Assembly (NCBI GenBank): GCA_038150265.1
Contig: JAYOTF010000008.1
Span: forward strand, 28,595-92,594
Direction: 5' to 3'
From: Deltaproteobacteria bacterium
Lineage (GTDB): Bacteria; SAR324; NAC60-12
Length of the DNA stretch: 64,000 nucleotides
Below, piece after piece: positions 37,144 through 46,834 of the stretch. Under the pieces are notes generated by a model. It had not been told where the DNA came from and ran no database searches. It saw only the letters and a list, made by a program, of their open reading frames with translations. How positions within the stretch are numbered: position 1 is the first letter of the stretch; every line of letters begins with the position of its first letter. The position numbers and the translations under genes were made by a program.

Positions 37144-38307
37144 ATGAAAGTTTTTCTCCTGAGCCTCTGCTGGCTGATGCTGGCAGGACTGAATCCCGCC
37201 CTGCAGGCCGCTGAAGTGGAAGCCTCCGGGGCCGCCACCATTTACGGAAGCAACACCGCGAGCGCGCGTGACCAGGCCCTCAAGAATGCGCTGCGTCAGG
37301 CGGTGGAACAGGGCGTCGGGACCCTGATCGACTCCAACACCCTGGCGGTCAACTACGAGGTCATCCGAGACGAGATCTACAGCAGCAGCCAGGGGTACGT
37401 CACCGAGTACGAGATCCTTCAGGAAGGAGTCAGCAGCGACGGCACCTCGTTTGAGGTCCGCATCCGGGCCCAGGTCTCTGAAGGGAAGATCGAGGACAAG
37501 CTGACCGCCCTCCGCATCCTCCACCAGAAAATGGGAAGCAAGCGCCTGATGGTCCTCTACCAGGGCCGTGACCCGCATGCGCTTCCGGAAGACAACAGCG
37601 CGGTCTCCCAGACCCTCGGAACCATCCGCAACGAGATGAACCAAGCGGGCTTCCGGATCTTCAATGAGCAGCAGACCCAGCAGGTGAGCCGCGCCATTGA
37701 ACAGGCTGCGGGCGTGAACCGCTCCACGGAGTTGCTGATTGCGGCGGCACTCGACCAGCAAGCCGAGATTGTCCTCCGGGTGGAAGTCATCGGAGGCAAG
37801 AAGGACGAAAAAGGCGGACTCTTCTGGGTGACTCGGGCGCTGGTTCGCCTTGAGGCCTTCGATACCTCGACCGGCCGGCAGATCGCGGACGCCGCAGTGG
37901 AAGGAAAAGAGCTGGCTGCCAACCCTCCCGGTCCCTACGACTGGCTCCGGATGCTTTCCAAAGCTGGCGAACGGGCCGGGCAGGACGTCTCCCGACAGGC
38001 CATTGATCAGATTGCCCGCTACTACCAGCGGCTTGATGACCAGGGATTTGCCTACCAGCTGATCTTTCGGGACTTCAGCTTTGAGCAGGAGGACCAGATC
38101 ATTGATTACCTCGAAGGCACTCCGGGCTTCAAGCAGCTCAAGGAACTTCAGAACACCAGCAAGTACCTCGAACTGGAGCTCTTCTCTACTGAGGAAAAAA
38201 GCCGGCTGCGTCGCCAGATTCGCCGGGACCTGCTGGAGCAGGAAATTGAAGTTGCCGTCCAGTCGGTTTCTGGAAACCGGATGGTGTTCCTGAACCCGAA
38301 CCCCTGA
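37144..38307 (+). CDS. Exported protein with FlgT N-terminal/LPP20-like domain
   Basis: Signal peptide, then VEASGAA...ARDQALKNALRQAVEQGVG...SQGYV. Confidence 0.65.
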   Translation: MKVFLLSLCWLMLAGLNPALQAAEVEASGAATIYGSNTASARDQALKNALRQAVEQGVGTLIDSNTLAVNYEVIRDEIYSSSQGYVTEYEILQEGVSSDGTSFEVRIRAQVSEGKIEDKLTALRILHQKMGSKRLMVLYQGRDPHALPEDNSAVSQTLGTIRNEMNQAGFRIFNEQQTQQVSRAIEQAAGVNRSTELLIAAALDQQAEIVLRVEVIGGKKDEKGGLFWVTRALVRLEAFDTSTGRQIADAAVEGKELAANPPGPYDWLRMLSKAGERAGQDVSRQAIDQIARYYQRLDDQGFAYQLIFRDFSFEQEDQIIDYLEGTPGFKQLKELQNTSKYLELELFSTEEKSRLRRQIRRDLLEQEIEVAVQSVSGNRMVFLNPNP

Positions 38308-38327
38308 CCTGGAGCTGTGGCTCCGGA

Positions 38328-39725
38328 ATGCTCACTGCCCCCCGGGTTTCCCCTGAGGGGCTTCCCTCCTCGTCCTTGACCGTGAAGCGCGTCTCCTTTC
38401 AAACCCTGGGGTGCCGACTGAACCAGTCGGAGACCGAAGTCCTTGCTCGGAGCCTGGTGCAGCAGGGCTGGCAGGTGGTTCCTGAAGCGGAACCTGCGGA
38501 CCTCTGTGTGGTCAACACCTGCACCGTGACCGAACACAGCGACGCCAAGAACCGGCAGGCGATCCGGGCCCTGAAGCGTCGGAATCCCGGAGCCGCGGTG
38601 GCCGTGGTGGGGTGCTATGCGCAGATGGCTCCAGACGAAGTGGCCGCAATTGACGGAGTCCAGCTCGTGATTGGAAATGCCGACAAGCTTCGGCTCAGCG
38701 AGTTCCTGCCGCAGGCCCTGGCGCAGGAGGCCCCCCTGGTGGTGAAGGAGAAGATCGCCCGCCACACCTTTGAGGCGCCCGTGGTGCCGCTCCTTGCGGA
38801 GGGACCGGAGCCGTCGCGTTCCGGAGGGGCTGGGGTGTTCCGAACCCGTGCCTCGCTCAAGGTGCAGGACGGATGTGACTTCATGTGCAGCTTCTGCATC
38901 ATTCCCTTTGCCCGTGGGCGGTCTCGGTCTCGCGATTTTGGGAACCTGCAGGAGGAAGCGCGCCTGCTGGTGGAGCAGGAGCAGGTGCGGGAGCTGATCC
39001 TGACGGGGGTCAACGTGGGCACCTACGCGACCTCTGAAAAGACGCTGCTGGAGGTCATTGACTTCCTCCAGGGCCTGCCAGAGCTGGCCCGGATCCGCAT
39101 CAGCTCGATTGAGCCGACCACGGTTCCGGAGGTGCTGCTCGAATACATGGCCGACCCGCAGCACAAGCTGGTGCCCTTCCTTCACCTTCCGTTGCAGTCA
39201 GGCTCCACCAAGGTACTGGCTGAGATGAAGCGCCGCTACACCGCCACCGAGTATGCCGATGAGGTCCTCCGGGCGTTTGAGCGGGTTCCGGACCTGTGCA
39301 TTGGGACCGATGTGATGGTGGGCTTTCCGGGGGAATCGGAGGCGGAGTTTGAGGAAACCCGGACCCTGCTCACCGAGCTGCCCATCCACTACTTCCACGT
39401 CTTTCCCTTCTCTGAACGCGCTGGAACCCCGGCGTTTCGGCGGACCGACCTGGTGCCTCCGGAACAGAAGCAGCGCCGCAGCGAACTCCTTAGGGACCTG
39501 AGCCGCCGCAAGCGTCGCTTGTTTCAGGAGCGCTTCCTGGGCACCACCCGAGAGGTGCTGCTCGAAGCCCCGCGCCCAGACGGCCGCATCAGCGGTTTGA
39601 CCGACAACTACCTCCGCGTGCACCTGCATCCGGACGCAGGCCCCCTGCCGCCTGCCAATCAGTTGGTGCCGGTCTGCCTGCAAGCGGTCGAAAAATCCGG
39701 AATTTCCGGAACGCTGTCCGCCTGA
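38328..39725 (+). CDS. mtaB: tRNA t6A methylthiotransferase (alternative start GTG 38382)
   Basis: TLGCRLNQSE, NTCTVT, KVQDGCDFMCSFCIIPFARG, FPFSERAGT. Confidence 0.92.
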   Translation: MLTAPRVSPEGLPSSSLTVKRVSFQTLGCRLNQSETEVLARSLVQQGWQVVPEAEPADLCVVNTCTVTEHSDAKNRQAIRALKRRNPGAAVAVVGCYAQMAPDEVAAIDGVQLVIGNADKLRLSEFLPQALAQEAPLVVKEKIARHTFEAPVVPLLAEGPEPSRSGGAGVFRTRASLKVQDGCDFMCSFCIIPFARGRSRSRDFGNLQEEARLLVEQEQVRELILTGVNVGTYATSEKTLLEVIDFLQGLPELARIRISSIEPTTVPEVLLEYMADPQHKLVPFLHLPLQSGSTKVLAEMKRRYTATEYADEVLRAFERVPDLCIGTDVMVGFPGESEAEFEETRTLLTELPIHYFHVFPFSERAGTPAFRRTDLVPPEQKQRRSELLRDLSRRKRRLFQERFLGTTREVLLEAPRPDGRISGLTDNYLRVHLHPDAGPLPPANQLVPVCLQAVEKSGISGTLSA

Positions 39726-39768
39726 CCTCCCGCCCCTCGCCGCAGTTCGCGCTTCTCCGGAAAACTCT

Positions 39769-39797
39769 TTGAGCTTTCCCGGGGAACCTAATAGAAT
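39769..39797 (+). promoter_or_regulatory. Sigma70 promoter of adk
   Basis: TTGAGC-N17-TAGAAT about 50 bp upstream of the ATG. AGGAG Shine-Dalgarno present. Confidence 0.6.
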
Positions 39798-39836
39798 GCG
39801 AACGTTTCGGCGGCAAACCTTATATTTTTGAGATAG

Positions 39837-40493
<657 letters not shown>

Positions 40494-40514
40494 GCCGCTC
40501 CTTTTGCTCTCAGG

Positions 40515-40533
40515 CGTCCGGAGCCTCCGGACG
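40515..40533. repeat. Inverted repeat built from two TCCGGA sites, downstream of adk
   Basis: CGTCCGGAG-C-CTCCGGACG. Confidence 0.6.
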
Positions 40534-40553
40534 TCTCCGCCAGAGCCTGCCTG

Positions 40554-41786
40554 ATGCCGCACGACGACATCCGGATGCGGGGCTTTCTGCGGCGGACTTC
40601 CCTTTCAGATGCGCTCCTCCTGCTGGAGCCGCATAGCCTTCCCCTTGAAGCAGAAGCGGTTCCGGTCGAACAGGCGTGGGGACGCGTGCTTGCCGAACCG
40701 CTGACGGCTCCGATCAACGTTCCTCATTTTCACCGTGCTGCCATGGACGGGTATGCCGTCCACGGAGAAGATACCTTTGGCGCCGGTCGTTACCAGCCCC
40801 TGCCGCTTCAGGTGCGGGGGCAATCGCTCCCGGGTCGTCCGTTTGTGGGAACCGTCCAGAGGGGCGAGGCGGTGCAGATCATGACGGGTGCCCCGCTTCC
40901 GGAAGGCACCAATGCCGTCTTGCCAGCCGAGTGTACCGAGCAAATCGGCGACCTGGTCAACGCGCTGGAAGCCGTCCCGCCCTGGCGACACGTCAGCCGC
41001 ATTGGAGAGGACCTGAAAGCAGGAGGCCCGTTGCTTCCGGAAGCACGACGGCTGAGGCCTCAGGACCTGGCGTTGCTGGCGTCGGTAGGCCAGACCTCGG
41101 TCCTGGTACGGCGCCGTCCGACGGTGGACCTACTGACAACGGGCTCCGAACTGCTTCCGCCGGGAAGGGCTCCGGACGGTCCTCAAATTGTGGACAGCAA
41201 CTCGGTGATGCTCCCGCCACTGGTGGAGCGCGACGGCGGGGTCTTGCTCCGAAGGGTTCGTCTTCCAGATGATCGAGCGTCTCTCCGAGCGGCGTTGCAG
41301 GAGTCGGAGGCGGATGTTGTGCTGGTCACCGGCGGCACCTCGGTTGGCGTGGAAGATCAGGCGCCTGCGCTGGTTGCCGAGTTGGGAACGCTGCTCATGC
41401 ATGGCCTCTCGCTGAAACCGGCCGCCCCGACGGGCTTTGGCCGCATGGGAACGCGTCGGGTGTTTCTGCTTCCAGGCAATCCGGTGTCTTGCTTCTGTGC
41501 GTACGACTGCCTCGTGGCCCAGACCCTCCGAAAACTGGGCGGCCGGTCGCCAGAAGGTCCGTATCGGGCGCAGAGCGTGCGGTTGCAGACAAAGGTGGCC
41601 TCGCAAATTGGCCGTGCCGAGTACGTTCGCCTTCGGGTGGAGGGAACGGACGCGTTTGTGGTGGCGTCCGGAGGCGCGTCGATTCTTTCCTCAACCACCC
41701 GCGCGGATGCCTTCTTTCTGACAGAAGAACAGTCGGAGGGGCACGCCGTGGGAGAGTGGATCACGGTGTGGAGGTACGACGCGTGA
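40554..41786 (+). CDS. moeA: Molybdopterin molybdenum/tungsten transferase MoeA
   Basis: AAMDGYAV, IMTGAPLP, TGSEL, TGGTSVG, LPGNPVS. Confidence 0.92.
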   Translation: MPHDDIRMRGFLRRTSLSDALLLLEPHSLPLEAEAVPVEQAWGRVLAEPLTAPINVPHFHRAAMDGYAVHGEDTFGAGRYQPLPLQVRGQSLPGRPFVGTVQRGEAVQIMTGAPLPEGTNAVLPAECTEQIGDLVNALEAVPPWRHVSRIGEDLKAGGPLLPEARRLRPQDLALLASVGQTSVLVRRRPTVDLLTTGSELLPPGRAPDGPQIVDSNSVMLPPLVERDGGVLLRRVRLPDDRASLRAALQESEADVVLVTGGTSVGVEDQAPALVAELGTLLMHGLSLKPAAPTGFGRMGTRRVFLLPGNPVSCFCAYDCLVAQTLRKLGGRSPEGPYRAQSVRLQTKVASQIGRAEYVRLRVEGTDAFVVASGGASILSSTTRADAFFLTEEQSEGHAVGEWITVWRYDA

Positions 41787-43723
41787 AGCAGGAACAGTTT
41801 TTGTCTTTGGTCTCGGCGGAGGAAGCTGAGCAGATTTTTCAAAACGCCGTCCAGCCGCAGCCCCTGGGGGAAGAGCGCGTGCCTCTGCTCCTGGCCAACC
41901 GGCGGGTGCTGTCACGAGATGTGCTAGCGGTCCACAATGTGCCATTTTTTGACCGCTCCAATTTTGACGGGTTTGCGGTCTGTGCCGCTGATACGTTTGG
42001 AGCGGAAGAGGGGCAGCCGGTGGTGCTGCGCCTGAATGCCGAATCTCTGGCCTGTGGACGGGTTCCTCAGGAAAGCGTTGCTTCCGGAACAGCGACTGCG
42101 ATTGCAACAGGAGGGATGCTGCCTCGGGGGGCCGATGGGGTGGTGATGCTGGAACACACGCACCCGGTTCCCGGAGGAATCGAGGTGGTCAGGCCCATTG
42201 CCCCAGGTTCCGGAATTTCGGCTGCCGGTTCCGACTTGGGGGCTGGGGAACTGGTGCTGCCGAAAGGAACTGCGCTGGGGCACCGAGAAACCGGCACCCT
42301 CGCCGCGTTGGGAGAAGCCGAAGTCTGGGTCTGGCGAAAGCCCCGGGTGGGCATTCTCTCCACCGGAGATGAGTTGCTTCCTCCCGGAGTGCCCATTGCG
42401 CCCGGGAAGGTGCATGACTGCAACAGCACCCTTTTGGCCCATGCGGTTGAGGAGCAAGGGGGGGAGCCCCGGCTGCTGGGAGTGCTTCCGGATGAGGACG
42501 CCCAGATTGAAGCCGCCGTCCGAGAGGCGCTGGGGCAGGTGGACCTGCTGCTGCTGTCTGCGGGCACCTCGAAGGGAGAAGGCGACCAGAATCACCGCAT
42601 CTTCCAACGCTTTGGCAATCCCGGAGTGCTGGTGCATGGGGTTTCTCTGAAGCCGGGAAAGCCCCTGTGCCTTGCCGTGCTGGAGGGCACGCCGGCTGCG
42701 ATTTTGCCCGGGTTTCCCACGTCAGCGATCTTTACCTTCACACGCTTCATTGCTCCCGTGATCCGCACGCTGGCGGGACACCCTCCGTTGGCGTGGAGTC
42801 AGGTGGAAGCGACCTTGCCGTTTTCGCTGCAGGCAGACAAGGGACGGACGGACTTCCAGCTGGTCCACCTGGTTCGGAGGCCGCTGGCGGAAGTGACCTC
42901 TGGAGCGCCTCGCTTCAGTGCCTACCCCACTGGGAAGGGGTCGGGTTCCATTTCCGGATTTGCGCGGGCAGATGGTTTTGTGGAGGTGCCCCGAGAGGTC
43001 GAACAGGTGGAGGCAGGGAGTCCGGTGCGGGTCCGGCTGCTGGGAGAGTCGGTGGTGCCTCCGGATCTGATGGTCATTGGCAGCCACTGTGTGGGCATGG
43101 ACCGGCTGCTCAGCCTCTTGCGGGAGCAGGGCTGGCAAAGCCGGAGCCTCGCGGTGGGAAGCATGGGCGGAGTGCTGGCAGCCCGGCGGGGCGAGTGTGA
43201 CCTCGCAGGGACGCACCTGATGGAGGCAGCCTCCGGTGTTTACAATCAGCACCTGGTGACGCCCGGTGTGCAGCTGGTGAAGGGCTACCGCCGTCGGCAA
43301 GGGGTGGTGGTTCGGCCAGGCACCCTTGATGAGTCCGGAGGCCTGGCTGGCGTGACCGAACAGCTGCAGGATCCGAAGTGGCGCCTGATCAATCGCAACC
43401 GCGGAAGCGGCACCCGTGTGCTCCTCGATCAGCTACTTGGAACGGCCCGCCCGCCCGGGTTCTGGATGGAGGCTTCCTCGCACCACGCCGTTGCCGCTGC
43501 TGTTGCCCAGGGACGTGCCGACTGGGGAGTCACTCTGGATTCGGTGGCAGAAGCCGCTGGGCTGGCATTTTTCTTTCTCCAGGATGAGGAGTACGATTTT
43601 CTGATCCCGGAAGCTCGCCTGGAACAACCGGCGGTGCAAGCCTTCCTGCAGCTGCTCGCCTCGCCTCAAGCACAGAACGCCCTGCGTACTCTGGGGCTGG
43701 AACCTGCTCCTGAATCGGATTGA
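41783..43723 (+). CDS. moeA: MoeA fused to a C-terminal PBP (LysR-type substrate-binding) domain
   Basis: GTG 41783 overlaps the upstream stop. DGFAV, KPGKP, LPGFPTS, then GSHC, GSMGG, NRNRGSGTR, EEYDF. Confidence 0.9.
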   Translation: MKQEQFLSLVSAEEAEQIFQNAVQPQPLGEERVPLLLANRRVLSRDVLAVHNVPFFDRSNFDGFAVCAADTFGAEEGQPVVLRLNAESLACGRVPQESVASGTATAIATGGMLPRGADGVVMLEHTHPVPGGIEVVRPIAPGSGISAAGSDLGAGELVLPKGTALGHRETGTLAALGEAEVWVWRKPRVGILSTGDELLPPGVPIAPGKVHDCNSTLLAHAVEEQGGEPRLLGVLPDEDAQIEAAVREALGQVDLLLLSAGTSKGEGDQNHRIFQRFGNPGVLVHGVSLKPGKPLCLAVLEGTPAAILPGFPTSAIFTFTRFIAPVIRTLAGHPPLAWSQVEATLPFSLQADKGRTDFQLVHLVRRPLAEVTSGAPRFSAYPTGKGSGSISGFARADGFVEVPREVEQVEAGSPVRVRLLGESVVPPDLMVIGSHCVGMDRLLSLLREQGWQSRSLAVGSMGGVLAARRGECDLAGTHLMEAASGVYNQHLVTPGVQLVKGYRRRQGVVVRPGTLDESGGLAGVTEQLQDPKWRLINRNRGSGTRVLLDQLLGTARPPGFWMEASSHHAVAAAVAQGRADWGVTLDSVAEAAGLAFFFLQDEEYDFLIPEARLEQPAVQAFLQLLASPQAQNALRTLGLEPAPESD

Positions 43724-43726
43724 ATC

Positions 43727-44566
43727 ATGAAAAACCGTATGATGCCCCACCACCCCTCTCGGCTTTCTGCCTGGCTGCTCGTTGGGCTGCTGTGTTTCCT
43801 CTTCAGCGGAGGCCGCACTTCAGCCGCTCCGCTCCGGCTGGCCACCACCACCAGCACGGACAATTCCGGGTTGTTGGCGGCGCTGCTTCCGGCCTATGAG
43901 TCCCAGACGGGAGACACGGTCAAGGTCATTGCCGTGGGCACTGGCAAGGCGCTCAAGCTGGGCGAAGATGGCAACGTGGACGTGGTCCTTGTTCATGCGC
44001 CCATGGCGGAGGAAGCCTTTGTGGCTGCCGGGTTTGGAGTGAACCGGCGCTCGGTGATGTACAACGATTTTGTCCTGGTCGGTCCTGCCGAGGATCCGGC
44101 TCGGGTGCGTGGGCTGACACAGGCTCCGCAGGCGTTGCAGCAGTTGAAGGAAGCCGGCGCCCTGTTTGTGTCCCGTGGTGATGACTCCGGAACCCACAAG
44201 AAGGAGCGGGCGCTCTGGAAGCTTGCCGGGGGGCAACCGACAACGGCCAACTACCGGGAAGCTGGGCAGGGAATGGGGGCGGTCCTGATCATGAGTTCCG
44301 AGTTGGGCGCCTACACGCTGACGGACCGCGGCACGTGGCTGGCGTTCCGGGACAAGCTGGCGTTGCAGGTGCTGGTGGCAGGAGACGAACGGTTGTTTAA
44401 CCCCTATGGCATCATTGCCGTGAACCCTGCCCGTTACCCGGAGGTCAACTACCAGGGGGCAATGCGTCTCATCGCCTGGCTGACCTCAGTGGAAGGCCAG
44501 CACCGGATCCGGGACTTCACCGTGCAGGGGGAGCCGCTGTTCATTCCCACTGCGGTTCAGGACTGA
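43727..44566 (+). CDS. tupA: Tungstate ABC transporter substrate-binding protein
   Basis: LATTTSTDNSGLL, GTGKAL, YNDF, SRGDDSGTH, LTDRGT. Confidence 0.92.
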   Translation: MKNRMMPHHPSRLSAWLLVGLLCFLFSGGRTSAAPLRLATTTSTDNSGLLAALLPAYESQTGDTVKVIAVGTGKALKLGEDGNVDVVLVHAPMAEEAFVAAGFGVNRRSVMYNDFVLVGPAEDPARVRGLTQAPQALQQLKEAGALFVSRGDDSGTHKKERALWKLAGGQPTTANYREAGQGMGAVLIMSSELGAYTLTDRGTWLAFRDKLALQVLVAGDERLFNPYGIIAVNPARYPEVNYQGAMRLIAWLTSVEGQHRIRDFTVQGEPLFIPTAVQD

Positions 44567-44571
44567 CAGCA

Positions 44572-45273
44572 ATGGAAACCTTGTGGGGGGCCTTTCAGCA
44601 AGCACTGGGGTTGCTGCTGCGCGGAGATCCGGGGCTTTGGGAAATCGTTGGGGTCTCCTTTTCCGTTTCGGTACGGGCGCTGCTGCTGACGGTTCCTCTG
44701 GCGCTGGGGCTTGCGCTGGCGTTGGCGCTGGGACGCGTCTGGGGAGGACGCTGGGTGCTGTCGATCTGCCACGCGCTGATGGCCTTGCCGACCGTCCTGG
44801 TGGGGCTGCTGCTTTATCTGTTGCTGACGCGTCAGGGGGCATTGGGAAGCCTCCGCCTGCTGTTCACACAAGAGGCCATGATGCTGGCGCAGATGGTGCT
44901 GGCGTTTCCCCTGCTGGTGGCCCTCATGCACGGCGCCCTGAAGGCGTCCACTCGGCAGACCTGGGAGGCTGCCCGGATGCTGGGGGCCTCTCCGCTTCAG
45001 GCGTCCTGGACGCTGATCCAGGAGGTGCGCTTCAGCCTGTTGACAGCACTGGTGGCCGCCTTTGGTCGCCTCATTTCAGAGGTGGGGGCTTCCATGATGC
45101 TCGGAGGGAACATCTTGCACCACACCCGAACCATGACCACGGCGATTGCGCTGGAAACCAGCAAGGGAGAGTTTGCTCAGGGGATTGCGCTGGGTTTGCT
45201 GCTGCTGGGCCTGTCTGCCGGCATCAACCTGCTGCTGGGGCAGCTTCAGGGCTCGGAACGCGCATGGCCATGA
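44572..45273 (+). CDS. tupB: Tungstate ABC transporter permease
   Basis: MALPTVLVGL, FGRLISEVG, GGNI, TRTMTTAIALETSKG. Confidence 0.92.
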   Translation: METLWGAFQQALGLLLRGDPGLWEIVGVSFSVSVRALLLTVPLALGLALALALGRVWGGRWVLSICHALMALPTVLVGLLLYLLLTRQGALGSLRLLFTQEAMMLAQMVLAFPLLVALMHGALKASTRQTWEAARMLGASPLQASWTLIQEVRFSLLTALVAAFGRLISEVGASMMLGGNILHHTRTMTTAIALETSKGEFAQGIALGLLLLGLSAGINLLLGQLQGSERAWP

Positions 45274-45824
45274 TTCCCCCCCACGTTTTTGGCATCTGTG
45301 CCTTCAGTGGCACCGGGAAGACGACGTTGCTGCAGCAGGTGATCCCCCTGCTCCGGAACGCTGGGCTCCGGGTGGGGTTGGTCAAGCATGCGCACCACCA
45401 CTTTGAGGTGGATCAGCCCGGAAAGGACAGCTACGAGCTGCGAAAAGCCGGAGCTGAGGCCGTGCTGGTGGCCTCTCAGCAGCGCTGGGCCCTCATGCGT
45501 GAGACCCCTGAATTGCAACAGGCTCCGGACCTGGCTCTCTTGCTGCAGGCGTTTCCGACGGATGAGCTGGATCTGATTCTCGTGGAAGGATTCAAGGCGG
45601 TGGATTTTCCGAAGCTGGAGCTGCACCGCCCGTCTTTGGGGCACCCCCTGCTTCAGGAGCAGGTTCCGGGAGTGATTGCCATTGCGACCGATGCCCCCCT
45701 TGAGAAGGCGGTTCCGGTGCCGGTACTGAACCTCAACGATCCGGAACAAATCGCCCGGTTCCTTCAGGAGCAGAGCCAAAAAGAGGGAGCCAAAAAGGGA
45801 GGGGCCCCAAGCCGGGGCCGGTGA
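45270..45824 (+). CDS. mobB: Molybdopterin-guanine dinucleotide biosynthesis protein B
   Basis: SGTGKTTL, KHAHH, PGKDS, LVEGFK. ATGA overlap with tupB. Confidence 0.92.
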   Translation: MIPPHVFGICAFSGTGKTTLLQQVIPLLRNAGLRVGLVKHAHHHFEVDQPGKDSYELRKAGAEAVLVASQQRWALMRETPELQQAPDLALLLQAFPTDELDLILVEGFKAVDFPKLELHRPSLGHPLLQEQVPGVIAIATDAPLEKAVPVPVLNLNDPEQIARFLQEQSQKEGAKKGGAPSRGR

Positions 45825-45838
45825 GGCAGGAGGAGCGG

Positions 45839-46195
45839 TTAACCGCGGCGTTCTTCAGCTTCTTGTTTTTCCTTGCAGGCAATGCAGTAGGTGGTCACCG
45901 GACGGATCTTCAGACGCTCCACCCCAATGTCTTCTCCGCACTCCTCACAAATTCCGAAAGTTCCTTCTTCCAAACGCTCCAACGCTTCTTCTACTTTGGC
46001 CAGCAACTTTCGCTCCCGGTCCCGGATCCGGAGGAGGTTGATGTTGTCACTTTCCAGGGAAGCACGGTCGTTCGGATCCGGAAATAAGGTGTTTTCTTCC
46101 CGCATTTCATGAACGGTTTCTTCTGATTCTCCCTGAAGCTCTTGCTTCATTTCTGTCAGCCGAGTCCGGAAGTAAGCTTGATCTGCTTCCTGCAT
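45839..46195 (-). CDS. dksA: RNA polymerase-binding factor DksA
   Basis: DPNDRAS coiled-coil tip, RDRERKL, CEEC...CIAC zinc finger. Confidence 0.93.
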   Translation of the reverse strand: MQEADQAYFRTRLTEMKQELQGESEETVHEMREENTLFPDPNDRASLESDNINLLRIRDRERKLLAKVEEALERLEEGTFGICEECGEDIGVERLKIRPVTTYCIACKEKQEAEERRG

Positions 46196-46321
46196 GGCCA
46201 CTCCTGATAATTGTTGGGGGAACTACAGCCTTGAGTAGCGGATGAAACGAGAGCTGTAGTGCAGATAGGAAAAACCGTTAGTCTAAGGAGGTTTCTGGAA
46301 AGAAGAAAGAAGAAATGTTCC

Positions 46322-46834
46322 TTAAAAATCCAAAAATATGCGGTCATAGACCTTGCGGCAGAGGTCCAGGAGAAGGTCCTGTCGGATTCGAGTGGTTTGA
46401 ATGCCAGAGACGAGTTCGAGGGAGTCATTGACCGCCGACTCGCTCACGGAAGCCTGAACCCCCACCTCCTGCCACAGGTACTCGCCGGAGCGACGATCCT
46501 GAAGGCTGGCCTGACCACTGAGGCTGACGGTGACGCCGGCTGGAGCATCTGTGGTGGCTTCGGTCTTGGATTCAACGACACGGGTGAGGGTGAATTCGAG
46601 GACCTGATCCGCTTGTTCCGGAACCGTCAGGATGACAGACGTGTTGGAGCGGAGCAGCTCCTGCATCTGCGCCGCAGCCTCGGTCTCGAGTCCGGGCTCA
46701 TAGGTTTCGTTGCGGACCGGCAGCAGAGCAAGGGTCCGGGCTTCTCCGGGAAGAGGCGGGTTGCCGCGCTCCAGTGTGTAGCCGCAGCCACTCAGGAGCA
46801 GGCTCAGACCAAGCAGGAGGCCAAGGCGCTTCAT
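46322..46834 (-). CDS. lptE: LPS-assembly lipoprotein LptE family
   Basis: Lipobox LSGCGY, NETYEPGLE, C-terminal DRIFLDF. Confidence 0.75.
   Translation of the reverse strand: MKRLGLLLGLSLLLSGCGYTLERGNPPLPGEARTLALLPVRNETYEPGLETEAAAQMQELLRSNTSVILTVPEQADQVLEFTLTRVVESKTEATTDAPAGVTVSLSGQASLQDRRSGEYLWQEVGVQASVSESAVNDSLELVSGIQTTRIRQDLLLDLCRKVYDRIFLDF

Noticed and set aside
40494..40553. Moco/Wco riboswitch upstream of moeA
   Set aside because: The intergenic region is only 60 bp and holds a simple hairpin.
44583..45269. 413-aa extended MobB, and similarly the 744-aa extended MoeA from 41489
   Set aside because: The extensions overlap tupB and moeA in other frames. Overlapping start/stop junctions at 45270 and 41783 give normal-length proteins.
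46222..46260. Hammerhead-like ribozyme (GATGA...GAAA inside a stem)
   Set aside because: It lacks the CUGANGA core and the three-stem geometry.
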